From contig OZ219815.1 of the NCBI GenBank assembly GCA_964291235.2, forward strand, positions 384,001-448,000: DNA of 64,000 nt. The letters run 5' to 3'. Of the stretch, positions 49,913 to 59,841 are shown piece after piece. This stretch comes from Vicinamibacteria bacterium (GTDB taxonomy: Bacteria > Acidobacteriota > Vicinamibacteria > Marinacidobacterales > Marinacidobacteraceae). A program made the position numbers and the translations under genes. The notes under the pieces are model-generated. The model was not told the origin of the DNA, did no database searches, and saw nothing but the letters and a program-made list of their open reading frames with translations. Every line of letters begins with the position of its first letter. Position 1 is the first letter of the stretch.

Positions 49913-50170
49913 TCAACCGCCGCTGACGGGAGGCAGGAAGGCGACCTCGTCGCCGGCCGCGAGGACCGCGTCCCGGGGGACGAACCGGTGATTCACCGCG
50001 ACGCTGACCGACGGCGCGAGGGCGGCCAATCCGGGATGCCCGCGCACGAGGTCCTCCCAGACGGCGGCGGCGGTGAGTCCTTCCCGGTGGGGAATCTCCA
50101 GGCGCCCCCGCCCGGCCGCATCCCGGGCGGCGGCGAACAGGAGGACGGTGACGGCGCCCGGCCCGGTCAT
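49913..50170 (-). CDS. moaD: Molybdopterin synthase sulfur carrier
   Basis: LFAAARDAAG...GDEVAFLPPVSGG. Confidence 0.92.
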   Translation of the reverse strand: MTGPGAVTVLLFAAARDAAGRGRLEIPHREGLTAAAVWEDLVRGHPGLAALAPSVSVAVNHRFVPRDAVLAAGDEVAFLPPVSGG

Positions 50171-50598
50171 TCGGTCACCGGCTCCTTCGGCCCCTCCACC
50201 CAGATGTCACCTCCCTCGAAGAACTCCCGCTTCCAGATCGGCACGATGCGCTTGATCTCGTTCATGGTGTGCCGCGCGGCTTCGAAGGCGTGGCCGCGGT
50301 GGGGAGACGCGACGGCAACCAGGACGCTCGCCTCTCCGATATCCACCCGGCCGATCCGGTGGTGGATCCGGAGCCGCTCGATCCCGAAGCGCTCCCGGAC
50401 GTCGTCCGCCACGCGCCCCAGGACCGGAAGGACCATGGCCTCGTACGCCTCGTATTCCAGATGGAGCACCGTGCGGCCCTTGTTGCGAGCGCGGACGATT
50501 CCCGAAAAAACCACGACCGCGCCGTCTTCGGGGGTCGAGAGCCCGGCAGCGACCGCACCCTCGTCAAGCGGCTCGGAAGTGAGGCGGAACCGCTCCAC
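50167..50598 (-). CDS. moaE: Molybdopterin synthase catalytic subunit
   Basis: GAVVVFSGIVR, LEYEAY, HRIG, SPHR and PIWKRE; GTG start overlaps the thiD stop. Confidence 0.93.
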   Translation of the reverse strand: MERFRLTSEPLDEGAVAAGLSTPEDGAVVVFSGIVRARNKGRTVLHLEYEAYEAMVLPVLGRVADDVRERFGIERLRIHHRIGRVDIGEASVLVAVASPHRGHAFEAARHTMNEIKRIVPIWKREFFEGGDIWVEGPKEPVTE

Positions 50599-51422
50599 TA
50601 CCCCATCTCCGGAAGGTGGCCGAGCGGGCCGTGACCGCTGCCCAGCGGCGCGGCGCGCAGCATGGCGGCCCGCAAGTACTCCCGGGCCCGTTCCACCGCT
50701 TCCCGAAGCTCCCGGCCGCAGGCGAGGTTTGCCGCCACCGCCGCCGAGAGCGTGCACCCCGTGCCGTGGGTGGCGCGGGTGTTGATCCGCTGACTCCGGA
50801 AGACCGCGGCGCCGGTCCCGTCGAGAAACAGATCCACGATCGCGTCGCCGTCGAGGTGCCCCCCCTTCATCAGCACGGCGCGCGCGCCCATCTCCAGGAG
50901 GGATTCACCGGCGGTGCGCATCTGAGCCTCGTCTTCTACCCGAAGGCCGGTGAGATCGGAAGCCTCGGGCAGATTCGGAGTGAGAAGGGCCGCTCGCGGC
51001 AGGAGCTCGCTCCGCAGCGCCTCCACGGCGTCCGGCCGGAGCAGCCGGTCCCCGCTCTTCGCGACCATCACCGGATCCACCACCACGCGGAGTCCGTGAT
51101 CGTCCACGGCCCGCGCCACCGCCTCAATGATCGCCGCCGAGGAGAGCATGCCGGTCTTCGCGGCCCGCACCCGGAAATCGGACGCCACCGCGGCGATCTG
51201 GGCGGAAACCAGCGCCGGCTCGATTTCCTGGACACCGGTGACGGCGACGGTGTTCTGCGCGGTGACCGCGGTGATCGCCGACAGGCCGTAGACGCCGTGC
51301 GCGGCAAAGGTCTTGAGGTCGGCCTGGACGCCGGCGCCGCCCCCGGAGTCCGACCCGGCGATGGTGAGGGCTACCGGGGGCGCTCCCGGTGCGTTCGCGC
51401 GCCGGACCGAAGCGCCGCTCAC
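50598..51422 (-). CDS. thiD: Hydroxymethylpyrimidine/phosphomethylpyrimidine kinase
   Basis: [32 protein letters not shown] and THGTGCTLS. Confidence 0.95.
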   Translation of the reverse strand: MSGASVRRANAPGAPPVALTIAGSDSGGGAGVQADLKTFAAHGVYGLSAITAVTAQNTVAVTGVQEIEPALVSAQIAAVASDFRVRAAKTGMLSSAAIIEAVARAVDDHGLRVVVDPVMVAKSGDRLLRPDAVEALRSELLPRAALLTPNLPEASDLTGLRVEDEAQMRTAGESLLEMGARAVLMKGGHLDGDAIVDLFLDGTGAAVFRSQRINTRATHGTGCTLSAAVAANLACGRELREAVERAREYLRAAMLRAAPLGSGHGPLGHLPEMG

Positions 51423-52744
51423 GGAGAGGCAGTGCGGAAGGACAGCACCCAGACCGCGTCCGCGTCCCACTCGTCCGCGAGCGGATGCGGGTCGAGGCGC
51501 TGGCCGTGCTCGTCCTCAATCTCCCTGTAGAGGATCAGATGGACCTCGCGTCCCGGCTCCAGGGACGCACCCGGCACCACGAGCAGACTCCGACTGCCGT
51601 CGTCGTAGGTGAGTTCGAGGTCCGGAAACGGGTTCTCTTCGTACGGCTCGTCCCCGTAGAGGAGATCCACCGAAGCGTGGAAGCTGTCGGCGACCATCCG
51701 GTTCGAGAACTGGACGCGGAAGTCGCTGTCGAGCGGAATCTCCCTTTCCCCGTCGAGGGGCAAGGAGAACACCACCCGCAGCGGGGCGACCGCCGCTTCC
51801 CGCGCCTCCTTCTCGGCGACCCGGATGTCCACCGGCTCCAGCGATTCGTCATCCGGAGGGTCGGCGAGTTCGAGCCGCTCGGCACGGAGATAGACGATCC
51901 CGTTCGAGGTCCAGGGTCTCCCGTACACCCGCAGCCACTTGCCGGTGTCGCGCCGCCGCTTGGGATCGAACCGGAACCCGTTCCCCGCGGGGCGCATGCC
52001 GGTGACCCAGATGGCGTCCGTCGCGGTCTTGATCACGAAGTCGCGCGGCGTCTTCTTGTCCTTGATGGAGAGATCGCCGAACAGGTTGTTGCCCCGGAAC
52101 TTCCCGATGACCTCGACCCGCTGGCTGAGCCAGGGATCCGGGTCGGCGATCAAATCTTCGATGCCGATCGCCGCCGCGCTCCCCGCCTCGATCTTGATGG
52201 CGTCGCCGATCTCCATTTCGGCTTCCGCCTCCCGTTCGCGCTTCGAAGAGAGATCCTCGGTAGCCCGGATCGGGGTCACGGCGACGATGGCCAGGAAACC
52301 CTCCGTCCGCATGTCCATCGCGTCGCCCCAGGAAGGGTCGTACGGATAGTTCCGGAGGATCGGGTGGCTGCGGAGCATGTACTCATCGACCATGCGGGTC
52401 GCGAAGAACCATCCCTCGATCTCCACTTCGCCCCCGCCCATGAAGGCGAGGTCGTTGCTGCTCATGTAGGCCTGGGCGATCAGGACCTGCTCGATGGACT
52501 CCGGATCCCGGAGCAGCATGACCCTTTGGTCGTTCCCGAAGGAGAAGCCCAGCTCGCCCCGGGTGAGCACCGCCTTCTCGTGGTAGAAGGTGGGACGGCG
52601 CGAGAGGTCGGCCACCTCGACCGCCTCCGGCTGATCGGGGAAGTAGCCGTACTGGGCCAGCGCGGGGACGGACGAGCCGACGGCGGCCAGCGTCAGCACG
52701 GCGAGGCTCAGGGGTCGGAACACGGCGGGAACGGGGTTAGGCAT
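51419..52744 (-). CDS. Secreted protein with C-terminal Ig-like (Big_5-type) domain
   Basis: Signal peptide; [10 protein letters not shown]...VQFS..M...SF pattern. Confidence 0.6.
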   Translation of the reverse strand: MPNPVPAVFRPLSLAVLTLAAVGSSVPALAQYGYFPDQPEAVEVADLSRRPTFYHEKAVLTRGELGFSFGNDQRVMLLRDPESIEQVLIAQAYMSSNDLAFMGGGEVEIEGWFFATRMVDEYMLRSHPILRNYPYDPSWGDAMDMRTEGFLAIVAVTPIRATEDLSSKREREAEAEMEIGDAIKIEAGSAAAIGIEDLIADPDPWLSQRVEVIGKFRGNNLFGDLSIKDKKTPRDFVIKTATDAIWVTGMRPAGNGFRFDPKRRRDTGKWLRVYGRPWTSNGIVYLRAERLELADPPDDESLEPVDIRVAEKEAREAAVAPLRVVFSLPLDGEREIPLDSDFRVQFSNRMVADSFHASVDLLYGDEPYEENPFPDLELTYDDGSRSLLVVPGASLEPGREVHLILYREIEDEHGQRLDPHPLADEWDADAVWVLSFRTASP

Positions 52745-52761
52745 CGTAGCAGCGGCGGCCA

Positions 52762-52900
52762 GGGAACGCCGACCTCCAGGTCGGCACAGCCCGCCGCAGG
52801 CGGGCGGCGGGACGGACCCCGACCGTCAGAGTGGTTCCTATCTCGGCGTACATCCCACCAACCCCCGCGTCACCCAGGCAAGGGAACGCCGACCTCCAGG
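52762..52900 (+). repeat. Two direct copies of REP-like element type 2
   Basis: gggaacgccgacctccaggtcggca at 52762 and a partial copy at 52882. Confidence 0.75.
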
Positions 52901-53075
52901 CCAGTTCTCCGGGTGGGGGCCGGCACAGCCCCGCGAAGCGGGGCGACGGGACTGCCCCCCACCGTCAGGGTGATTCCCCTCTCGGCGTGAACCGGGATCC
53001 CCCGGAGGAACCCATCAGGGGAAACCAGTTTCCATCCGCGCCCCCGTGCGGAGGGCGACCCGCGGACGGGGCGCT

Positions 53076-54164
53076 CTACTTGCCGGTGGCCGGCGCGCCG
53101 TCGGCTCCGGGCGGCCACCGGGTGGATCGGTAGGCCTGTTCCGGGTGGGTGATTCGGTCCGGGATGGTGCGTTCGAGGACGCCCTCCTCGACGAGCGGGC
53201 TCAGGTGACGCTTCGCGAGGTTCTCGGGGTCTATCTGCAACAGCAGCCCGAGAGTCTCGGAGGTGGCCGGACCTCGCTCGTTCAGGGTCCGCCAGATGGT
53301 GAATCGCAATGCCGCCTTGCGGGGACGTTTGCCCAGCGTGAGGATCTGGACGCGCAGGTTGTCCGACAACTCGGCGAGGGCTTCGGCGCGCGGCCCGGGG
53401 GGAACGCCGGGAACGGGCGAGGGCTCGGCCGGTGCGGAAGAAGGCGTGGATTCCTCCGGTAGATCAGGGGAACGGACAGGTTCCTCCGGCGGATCGGGGG
53501 AGGCCGCAGGCTCGTCCGGTGGACCCGGGGAAGCTACGGGCTCCTCCGGTGGACCCTGGGAAGCTGCGGGCTCCTCCGGCGCACCGGAACAGGCAGGTTC
53601 CTCCGATGGACCGAGGGAGGCGGCTGGCTCGCCCGGCGCCGCTGGCGGCGGCGTCCCTGGAGCCGGGCGCGGCCCGGCTCCAGAAGGGAGCCGCTCCGGT
53701 GTGGGGGGACGCGTGCCGGGTGCGCGCTCGTTGTCGAGGATGCTGGGAATACGGTCCGCTTCACGGCCGATGCCGACGAGCACGAGCACGGAGCGGCCGA
53801 ACAGGCGGCTGCCGGTCGCGAGGAGTGCGGCCACCTCGCGGCCCCGGCTGCCGGGTGGGAACGCCCTCTGCAACTGCCCCGCGAGCCGGTCCGCGATGCC
53901 GCGCATCTCCTGGATGACTTTCGCCGCGTTGCGGAGCGTCCGGGCAGTGCGTCGCAGCGCCGGACCGGTGTTCGTCCGGAGCCAGCCGTACGCGTCTCGG
54001 ATGCCTTCGGCGATGTACGGCACCCAGAGCCAGAGGCTGTAGAGCCGGGGCCGCGGCTTTTTGAGCCAGCCGCGGATGAGGTCAAGACCGAGTGGCTCGC
54101 CGGGCAGCGACTCCGGCTGCTCCTCTGCGGGAGGCAGCTCGCCGCGAAGGTTGAGGCCTTGCAC
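53076..54164 (-). CDS. Protein with helical N-domain, Pro/Glu 10-aa repeats and C-terminal winged-helix-like domain
   Basis: Inferred GTG start at 54164; (E/D)EP(A/V)xSxxPP repeats; LAKRHLSPLVEEGVLERTIPDRITHPEQAYR resembles the C-terminal wHTH of Fic/AlbA-HATPase proteins. Confidence 0.6.
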   Translation of the reverse strand: MQGLNLRGELPPAEEQPESLPGEPLGLDLIRGWLKKPRPRLYSLWLWVPYIAEGIRDAYGWLRTNTGPALRRTARTLRNAAKVIQEMRGIADRLAGQLQRAFPPGSRGREVAALLATGSRLFGRSVLVLVGIGREADRIPSILDNERAPGTRPPTPERLPSGAGPRPAPGTPPPAAPGEPAASLGPSEEPACSGAPEEPAASQGPPEEPVASPGPPDEPAASPDPPEEPVRSPDLPEESTPSSAPAEPSPVPGVPPGPRAEALAELSDNLRVQILTLGKRPRKAALRFTIWRTLNERGPATSETLGLLLQIDPENLAKRHLSPLVEEGVLERTIPDRITHPEQAYRSTRWPPGADGAPATGK

Positions 54165-54270
54165 GTGGGGCGAGCGTATCGGAGCCGGCACTGCCGTTTT
54201 GCCGGTCCAATCGCCTTTTTTTGAGTGACTTGAATGTAAGTTACGAATGCAAACGACGGGCGTCAGTCGA

Positions 54271-54446
54271 GGAGCTCCGGTCGATATCCGGGGTCGGCGG
54301 TGGTAGCTCCGGTCGATATCGGGGATCGGCGACGGAAGCTCCGGTCGATATCCGAGGTCGGCGGCGGGAGCTCCGGTCGATATCCCGGGTCGGCGGCGGA
54401 AGCTCCGGTCGATATCGAGGGTCGGCGGCGCGAGCTCCGGTCGATA
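54271..54446. repeat. 32-bp tandem array, block A (6 units)
   Basis: agctccggtcgata at 54273, 54305, 54337, 54369, 54401 and 54433. Confidence 0.95.
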
Positions 54447-54505
54447 ACACCCGTCGGTAATGCGGGTCCGCTCCAAAGGAAAGGTGCCGATAGCATGAGG
54501 GTGCG

Positions 54506-54727
54506 ATGACTCGCTACCTGACCGCAATCGTTGAACGGGAGGGTGACGGATATGTCGCCCTGTGCCCCGAAGTAGATGTCGCAGCCCAGGGAGACACCGT
54601 TGCCGAAGCACGCGCGAACCTGACGGAAGCACTGACCCTTTTCTTCGAGACCGCCTCCGCGGAGGAACTCGATCGGCGCCTGGGTGGAGAGATCTACGTG
54701 ACGCAGGTCGAGGTCGCCGCTGGATAG
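54506..54727 (+). CDS. hicB: HicB-family antitoxin (short form)
   Basis: LTAIVEREGDGYVALCPEVDVAAQGDTVAEARANLTEAL. Confidence 0.88.
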   Translation: MTRYLTAIVEREGDGYVALCPEVDVAAQGDTVAEARANLTEALTLFFETASAEELDRRLGGEIYVTQVEVAAG

Positions 54728-54947
54728 GCCGCGCGTTCTTTCCGGCCGGGATGGCTGCCGCATCCTGGCCTCCCATGGTTTCGTGGAGGCATGGCGGCGG
54801 GGCAGCCATGTCGTGGTCCAGAAGGTCGAGGCCGGGCGCACAGTGACGGTGCCGATTCCCGATCACTCGGAGTTACGCATCGGCACCCTGCTGTCGATCA
54901 TTCGGCAATCCGGCGTCCCCCGTCCCGAATTCGAACGGAACTCCTGA
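54720..54947 (+). CDS. hicA: HicA-family mRNA interferase toxin (CTG start; absent from the ORF track)
   Basis: Manual translation: LDRPRVLSGRDGCRILASHGFVEAWRRGSHVVVQK...TVPIPDHSELRIGTLLSIIRQSG. Confidence 0.8.
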   Translation: MDRPRVLSGRDGCRILASHGFVEAWRRGSHVVVQKVEAGRTVTVPIPDHSELRIGTLLSIIRQSGVPRPEFERNS

Positions 54948-54964
54948 GACAAACGGTTTCCAGA

Positions 54965-56071
54965 CGGAGCTCCGGTCGATATCCGGGATCGGGGGTGGGA
55001 GCTCCGGTCGATATCCAGGGTCGGCGGCGGGAGCTCCGGTCGATATCCGGGATCGGCGACGGGAGCTCCGGTCGATATCCGGGATCGGCGACGGAAGCTC
55101 CGGTCGATATCCGAGGTCGGCGGCGGAAGCTCCGGTCGATATCCGGGATCGGCGACGGGAGCTCCGGTCGATATCCGGGATCGGCGACGCCAGCTCCGGT
55201 CGATATCCGGGGTCGGTGGCGGGAGCTCCGGTCGATATCCGGGATCGGCGACGGGAGCTCCGGTCGATATCCAGGATCGGCGGCGGAAGCTCCGGTCGAT
55301 ATCCGGGATCGGTGGCGGAAGCTCCGGTCGATATCCGGGATCGGCGACGGGAGCTCCGGTCGATATCCGAGGTCGGCGGCGGAGACTCCGGTCGATATCC
55401 AGGGTCGGCGGCGGGAGCTCCGGTCGATATCCGGGATCGGCGACGGGAGCTCCGGTCGATATCCGGGATCGGCGACGGGAGCTCCGGTCGATATCCGGGA
55501 TCGGCGGTGGGAGCTCCGGTCGATATCCGGGGTCTGCGGTGGCAGCTCCGGTCGATATCGAAGGTCGGCGACGCCAGCTCCGGTCGATATCGGGGATCGG
55601 CGACGGGAGCTCCGGTCGATATCGAGGGTCGGCGGTGGCAGCTCCGGTCGATATCGAGGTCGGCGACGGCAGCTCCGGTCGATATCCGAGGTCGGCGACG
55701 GGAGCTCCGGTCGATATCCGGGATCGGCCGCGGGAGCTCCGGTCGATATCCGGGATCGGCGGCGGGAGCTCCGGTCGATATCCGGGATCGGCGGCGGGAG
55801 CTCCGGTCGATATCGAGGGTCGGGGACGTTAGCTCCGGTCGATATCGGGGATCGGCGGTGGGAGCTCCGGTCGATATCCGGGATCGGCGACGGAAGCTCC
55901 GGTCGATATCCGGGATCGGGGTGGGAGCTCCGGTCGATATCCGGGATCGGCAGCGGTAGCTCCGGTCGATATCGGGGATCGGCGGCGGAAGCTCCGGTCG
56001 ATATCCGGGGTCGGCGCGACAGAAGCTCCGGTCGATATCCGGGGCCGGCGACAGAAGCTCCGGTCGATATC
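54965..56071. repeat. 32-bp tandem array, block B (35 units)
   Basis: Core ctccggtcgatatc recurs every 32 bp from 54968 to 56056 (two 31-bp and one 34-bp spacing); counted by eye. Confidence 0.95.
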
Positions 56072-56124
56072 TGTCAAGAGACACGAACTTTTGCGCACTT
56101 GGGAGACACCTACTTTTGCGCACC
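56072..56124 (+). mobile_element. Isolated IS21-family-like terminal end
   Basis: Starts TGTCAA and contains two direct repeats, gagacacgaacttttgcgcac and gagacacctacttttgcgcac; no istA/istB nearby. Confidence 0.55.
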
Positions 56125-56171
56125 ACGTGGCGGGGGGGAGCGATGCGCCGCCCGCGGGCCTGCGGCCCGCT

Positions 56172-56334
56172 GTGCCGACCTGGAGGTCGGCGTTCCCGTG
56201 CCGGCGCGACGTGGGGCTGGAGAGCGATGTGCGTTTCGCGGCCTGTGGCCGCGATGCCGGCCGGAGGCCGGCGCTCCTATGGGTGGGCGCCGCGGAGCGG
56301 GTGGCGGGCGATGCCAGCCGGAGGCGGGCGCTCC
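56172..56334 (-). repeat. Cluster of REP-like elements (one type 2, two type 1)
   Basis: gtgccgacctggaggtcggcgttccc (56172-56197), atgccggccggaggccggcgctcc (56254-56277) and atgccagccggaggcgggcgctcc (56311-56334). Confidence 0.75.
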
Positions 56335-56412
56335 GGGACCGATTCGCGGGCGATGGCGCGCGTGTGGTACACCCGTCCCCGGTCGCTAACTGGCGACCCA
56401 GGAGGAACGGTC

Positions 56413-58185
56413 ATGCGCACCCTTCTTTTTTCTGCCCTGCTGCTCGTCGCGCTGCCGGCCCAGGCGGGCCAGTTCGCGAGCATTCCGGAGGACATCGACT
56501 TCGATTTCGAGCGGTGGCCGTATCCCCTGCACCAGGAAGTAACGGACCGCCTGCACGAGCTGGCGGAGATGCATCCGAACCTCGCCCGCACCCACGTCAT
56601 CGGGAAGAGCCGGCAGGGGCGGGACCTCGTCGTCCTCGAGATCACGAACTTCGAGACCGGCCCCGGCGAGGAAAAGCCGGGGCTCTGGTTCGACGGCAAC
56701 ATCCACGCCGTCGAGGTCACCGGGCGCCAGATGATGTGGTACTTCGCGGAGGCCGCCATCGCGAGCTACGGGAAGGACCCGGTCGCGACGCGCATGCTGG
56801 ATACCCGCACCTTCTACGTCATGCCCATCTTCGACGCGGACGGCGGGGAGGCCGCCCTCACCCGGCATCCGGCCTGGCCCGAACACAAACCGGAAGAGCA
56901 CAACGGGAAGGACCTCGACGGCGACGGCTACATCACCCGGATGCGGGTCCAGGACCCGGAGGGGAACTCCTACCCGAGCTGGATCGACGAGCGCCACATG
57001 CTCCAGACCCGGACCCGCGACGGCGGCCGCTGGAACTTCGTCCCCACCGAGCTGGAAGACCCCGGGGACTTCGAGAGACTCGCCGCTCCCGAGAGCCGCT
57101 ACCGCGTCTACACCGAAGGCCAGGACCTCACCCGCGAGGTGACCGACGAGCGCGAGGAAGCGAACTTCAACCGCAACTGGTCCGCCGAATGGCAGCGGCA
57201 CGAGCCGGGGGCCGGCCCCTATCCCTTCTCCCTGCCCGAGGTCCGCGCGGTGGCGGAGTTCATCACCTCCTATCCCAACATCTTCTTCACCTACACGATC
57301 CACTCGGGGGGCGGGGCCCGGAACTACATCGTCCGCCCGCCGATGAGCCATCCCTTCGAGTACATGCCCCCGGAGGACAACGACTTCTACACCCGTCTGG
57401 GCGCGGTCTGGTCCTGGCTCTCGAAGGGCGGGGTGATGAACAACAACTGGTACGCCCAGGAAGTGAAGGCCGGCCGCTACGGCGAGACGATGCACGGCTT
57501 CTCGAACGACTGGGCCTACATGAATGTGGGCATTCACAGCCTGCTGCCCGAGATCTCAGGCGCGGGGCGGGACTACGACCAGGACGGCTACGTGACGCAG
57601 TACGAAGTCCTGCGCTGGGTGGACGAGGAGAAGGACGGGGTCTATTTCGCTCCCTGGACGGCGTATCAGCATCCGGAACTGGGCGAGGTCGAGATCGGCG
57701 GCTACCGGGGACTTCCCCAGGGGATTGACGACCGCCTCGAGTTCGAGTCCGAGATCCACTACCAGTACCTGATGGAGATCGCCGGCCGGTCGCCGTTGCT
57801 CCGCATCATCGAACTCGACGCGGAAGAGGTCGGCGCGGGCGAGCACCGCGTCACCGCCGTGCTGCAGAACCAGGGGTACGTCTCCACCTACGTCACCCGG
57901 AAGGCCCTCGAAATCGATCTCGATTACCCGATCCTGGCGGAGATCCGGGTCCAAGGGGGCGAGGTGACGAGCGGCCCGGCCAAGGTGGACGCCGGACACA
58001 TCCTCGGCAAGCTGGCCTACATCCGCCGCTGGGGATCGGGCGCCGACGAGTCGCGGAAGACCGTCTCGTGGACGGTTCGGGGAGACGGCCCGATGGAAGT
58101 CACGGTGGACGCCTGGGCGAAACGCGCCGGACGGGCTCAGCGCACCATCACCATCGGTTCCACCGACGGGAGCGCGTCGCGCTGA
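56413..58185 (+). CDS. M14 zinc carboxypeptidase-family protein
   Basis: RBS ggagg, signal peptide, IGKSRQGR, DGNIHAVE, NFNRNW, PFSLPE and TIHSGG. Confidence 0.88.
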   Translation: MRTLLFSALLLVALPAQAGQFASIPEDIDFDFERWPYPLHQEVTDRLHELAEMHPNLARTHVIGKSRQGRDLVVLEITNFETGPGEEKPGLWFDGNIHAVEVTGRQMMWYFAEAAIASYGKDPVATRMLDTRTFYVMPIFDADGGEAALTRHPAWPEHKPEEHNGKDLDGDGYITRMRVQDPEGNSYPSWIDERHMLQTRTRDGGRWNFVPTELEDPGDFERLAAPESRYRVYTEGQDLTREVTDEREEANFNRNWSAEWQRHEPGAGPYPFSLPEVRAVAEFITSYPNIFFTYTIHSGGGARNYIVRPPMSHPFEYMPPEDNDFYTRLGAVWSWLSKGGVMNNNWYAQEVKAGRYGETMHGFSNDWAYMNVGIHSLLPEISGAGRDYDQDGYVTQYEVLRWVDEEKDGVYFAPWTAYQHPELGEVEIGGYRGLPQGIDDRLEFESEIHYQYLMEIAGRSPLLRIIELDAEEVGAGEHRVTAVLQNQGYVSTYVTRKALEIDLDYPILAEIRVQGGEVTSGPAKVDAGHILGKLAYIRRWGSGADESRKTVSWTVRGDGPMEVTVDAWAKRAGRAQRTITIGSTDGSASR

Positions 58186-58190
58186 GAGGG

Positions 58191-59468
58191 TTGCTTGCGC
58201 CCGCCGCGCTGACCGTCGCGACCGCCGCCGGGGCTTTCGCGCAGCCGGAACCACCTGCCCGGATTCCGGATCCGGACACCGCGGCCATGGAGCCGCAGGT
58301 GCGGGAGAAGATCACCCGGCAACGACACGTCGTCGAAGCGGACCCCGATTCGGCCGAGAACTGGGGATCCCTCGGCCGAACCTTCCAGGCTCACGGTCTC
58401 GAGCCCGAGGCGGAAGCGGCGTATCTCCGGGCCGAAGAACTCGATCCCACGGACTTCCGCTGGCCCTACCTGCGCGCCGCCGCCCTCCGGAACACCCGGC
58501 CGGAGGAAGCGCTCTCCGCGGCCGACCGGACTTCACGACTGCATCCGGGCTACGCGCCCGCCCATCTCCTGGCGGCGGAACTGCTGGAGGGCGCCGGGAG
58601 TCCTGAACAGGCCATGGACCGCTACCGCCAAACCCTCGAAATTGCGCCGGACGCGGCCCTGGCGGAACTCGGGATCGGACGTCTGCTCCTGAGGCGCGGT
58701 GCACCGGGCGCCGCCCGGGAACATCTGGAACGGGCGGCCGCGCTCGCCCCGCGGGCCGGGCCGGTCCACGCCGAACTCGCGCGGCTCCATACCCGGCAAG
58801 GCGACCGGGAGGCGGCCCGGCGGGCAGCGGAGGCGGCCCGGCAACTGCCCGACCTGGTCCCCGTGGACGATCCGGTGCTCACCGAGGTCTGGGACGAGGC
58901 GGTGTCCGCGCGGGGCTATCAGCAGCGGGCGCTCCGCGCCGAGGCCGCCGGAGAGTTCGAGGCGGCCGAGACGCTCTACGGCCACCTGTTGGGTCTTCGT
59001 CCCGGCGATCCGGACATCCTCTACAACTTCGGCAACCTCTACGTGCGCACGCGGCGCTTCGGGGAAGCGGCGGAGTGCTACGAGGAGGCGCTCGCAGCGC
59101 GTCCGGCGCACGTCGCAGCCCGGGTGAATCTGGGAAGCGCGCTCCTCATGCTCGGCCGGCGGGACGAGGCGATCGAGCACCTCCTGCGCGCGCTGGAAGA
59201 CGATCCGGCGGAGCCGGACGCGAACCGGACGCTGGGTGGGCTCTTCGCGTTCCGGGGAGACAACGAGGCGGCCATGCGCCACTACCGCGCGGTGCTGGCC
59301 CACGATCCGCAGGACGGCCCGGTGCACCGCGACCTCGCGATCGTGCTGGCCGCGGAGGGGGAATTCGCCGCCGCCTGGGAGCACGTCGCAGCGGCCGAGA
59401 GGCTCGGTTCGCCGCCCAGCGCGGACTTCCTGTTGCGGCTCCAGGCGGCACTGCCGCGACCCGGTTAG
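58191..59468 (+). CDS. Secreted TPR-repeat protein
   Basis: Multiple TPR-like repeats; start approximate (TTG after the M14 stop). Confidence 0.8.
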   Translation: MLAPAALTVATAAGAFAQPEPPARIPDPDTAAMEPQVREKITRQRHVVEADPDSAENWGSLGRTFQAHGLEPEAEAAYLRAEELDPTDFRWPYLRAAALRNTRPEEALSAADRTSRLHPGYAPAHLLAAELLEGAGSPEQAMDRYRQTLEIAPDAALAELGIGRLLLRRGAPGAAREHLERAAALAPRAGPVHAELARLHTRQGDREAARRAAEAARQLPDLVPVDDPVLTEVWDEAVSARGYQQRALRAEAAGEFEAAETLYGHLLGLRPGDPDILYNFGNLYVRTRRFGEAAECYEEALAARPAHVAARVNLGSALLMLGRRDEAIEHLLRALEDDPAEPDANRTLGGLFAFRGDNEAAMRHYRAVLAHDPQDGPVHRDLAIVLAAEGEFAAAWEHVAAAERLGSPPSADFLLRLQAALPRPG

Positions 59469-59478
59469 CAATCCGACC

Positions 59479-59841
59479 TCAGGATGCGGGTTCCCAGAGC
59501 TCGATCGCGTTTCCTTCGGGGTCGTGAATGCGGGCGAAGCGGCCGATCCCCTCCATCTCGCTTTCGTGGCTGACCTCGATGTCCGCGGACTTCAGTTGGG
59601 TGACCATCGCGTCCAGGTCGGCCACGCGGAAATTCAGCATGAACGTCTTGTCCGCTGCGAAATAGTCCGAATCAGCAGCGAAGGGGGCGAAAACCGTGAC
59701 CCCGGATTCGGTCACCCAGGGCGCCATCTCCATGTTCGTCGGAGCGGGATTGATGCCGAGGTGATCCTGGTACCACTTCGCGAGTCGTTCCGGGTCGTTT
59801 GCCCGAAAGAAGAATCCGCCAAGTCCTTGAACGTGTTGCAC
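59479..59841 (-). CDS. VOC/glyoxalase-family protein
   Basis: GLGGFFFRA.DPE.L..WY, MLNFRVADL and DPEGNAIELWEP. Confidence 0.88.
   Translation of the reverse strand: MQHVQGLGGFFFRANDPERLAKWYQDHLGINPAPTNMEMAPWVTESGVTVFAPFAADSDYFAADKTFMLNFRVADLDAMVTQLKSADIEVSHESEMEGIGRFARIHDPEGNAIELWEPAS

Noticed and set aside
54271-56071. CRISPR array or guide-RNA (TIGR-like) array
   Set aside because: The inter-core segments are only about 16 bp, clearly homologous to each other and often repeated rather than unique spacers. No cas or recognisable effector gene is in the window.
54791-56389. Long ORFs on both strands across the 32-bp array
   Set aside because: They arise from a stop-poor repeat with a non-triplet period; the same peptides cycle in all frames.
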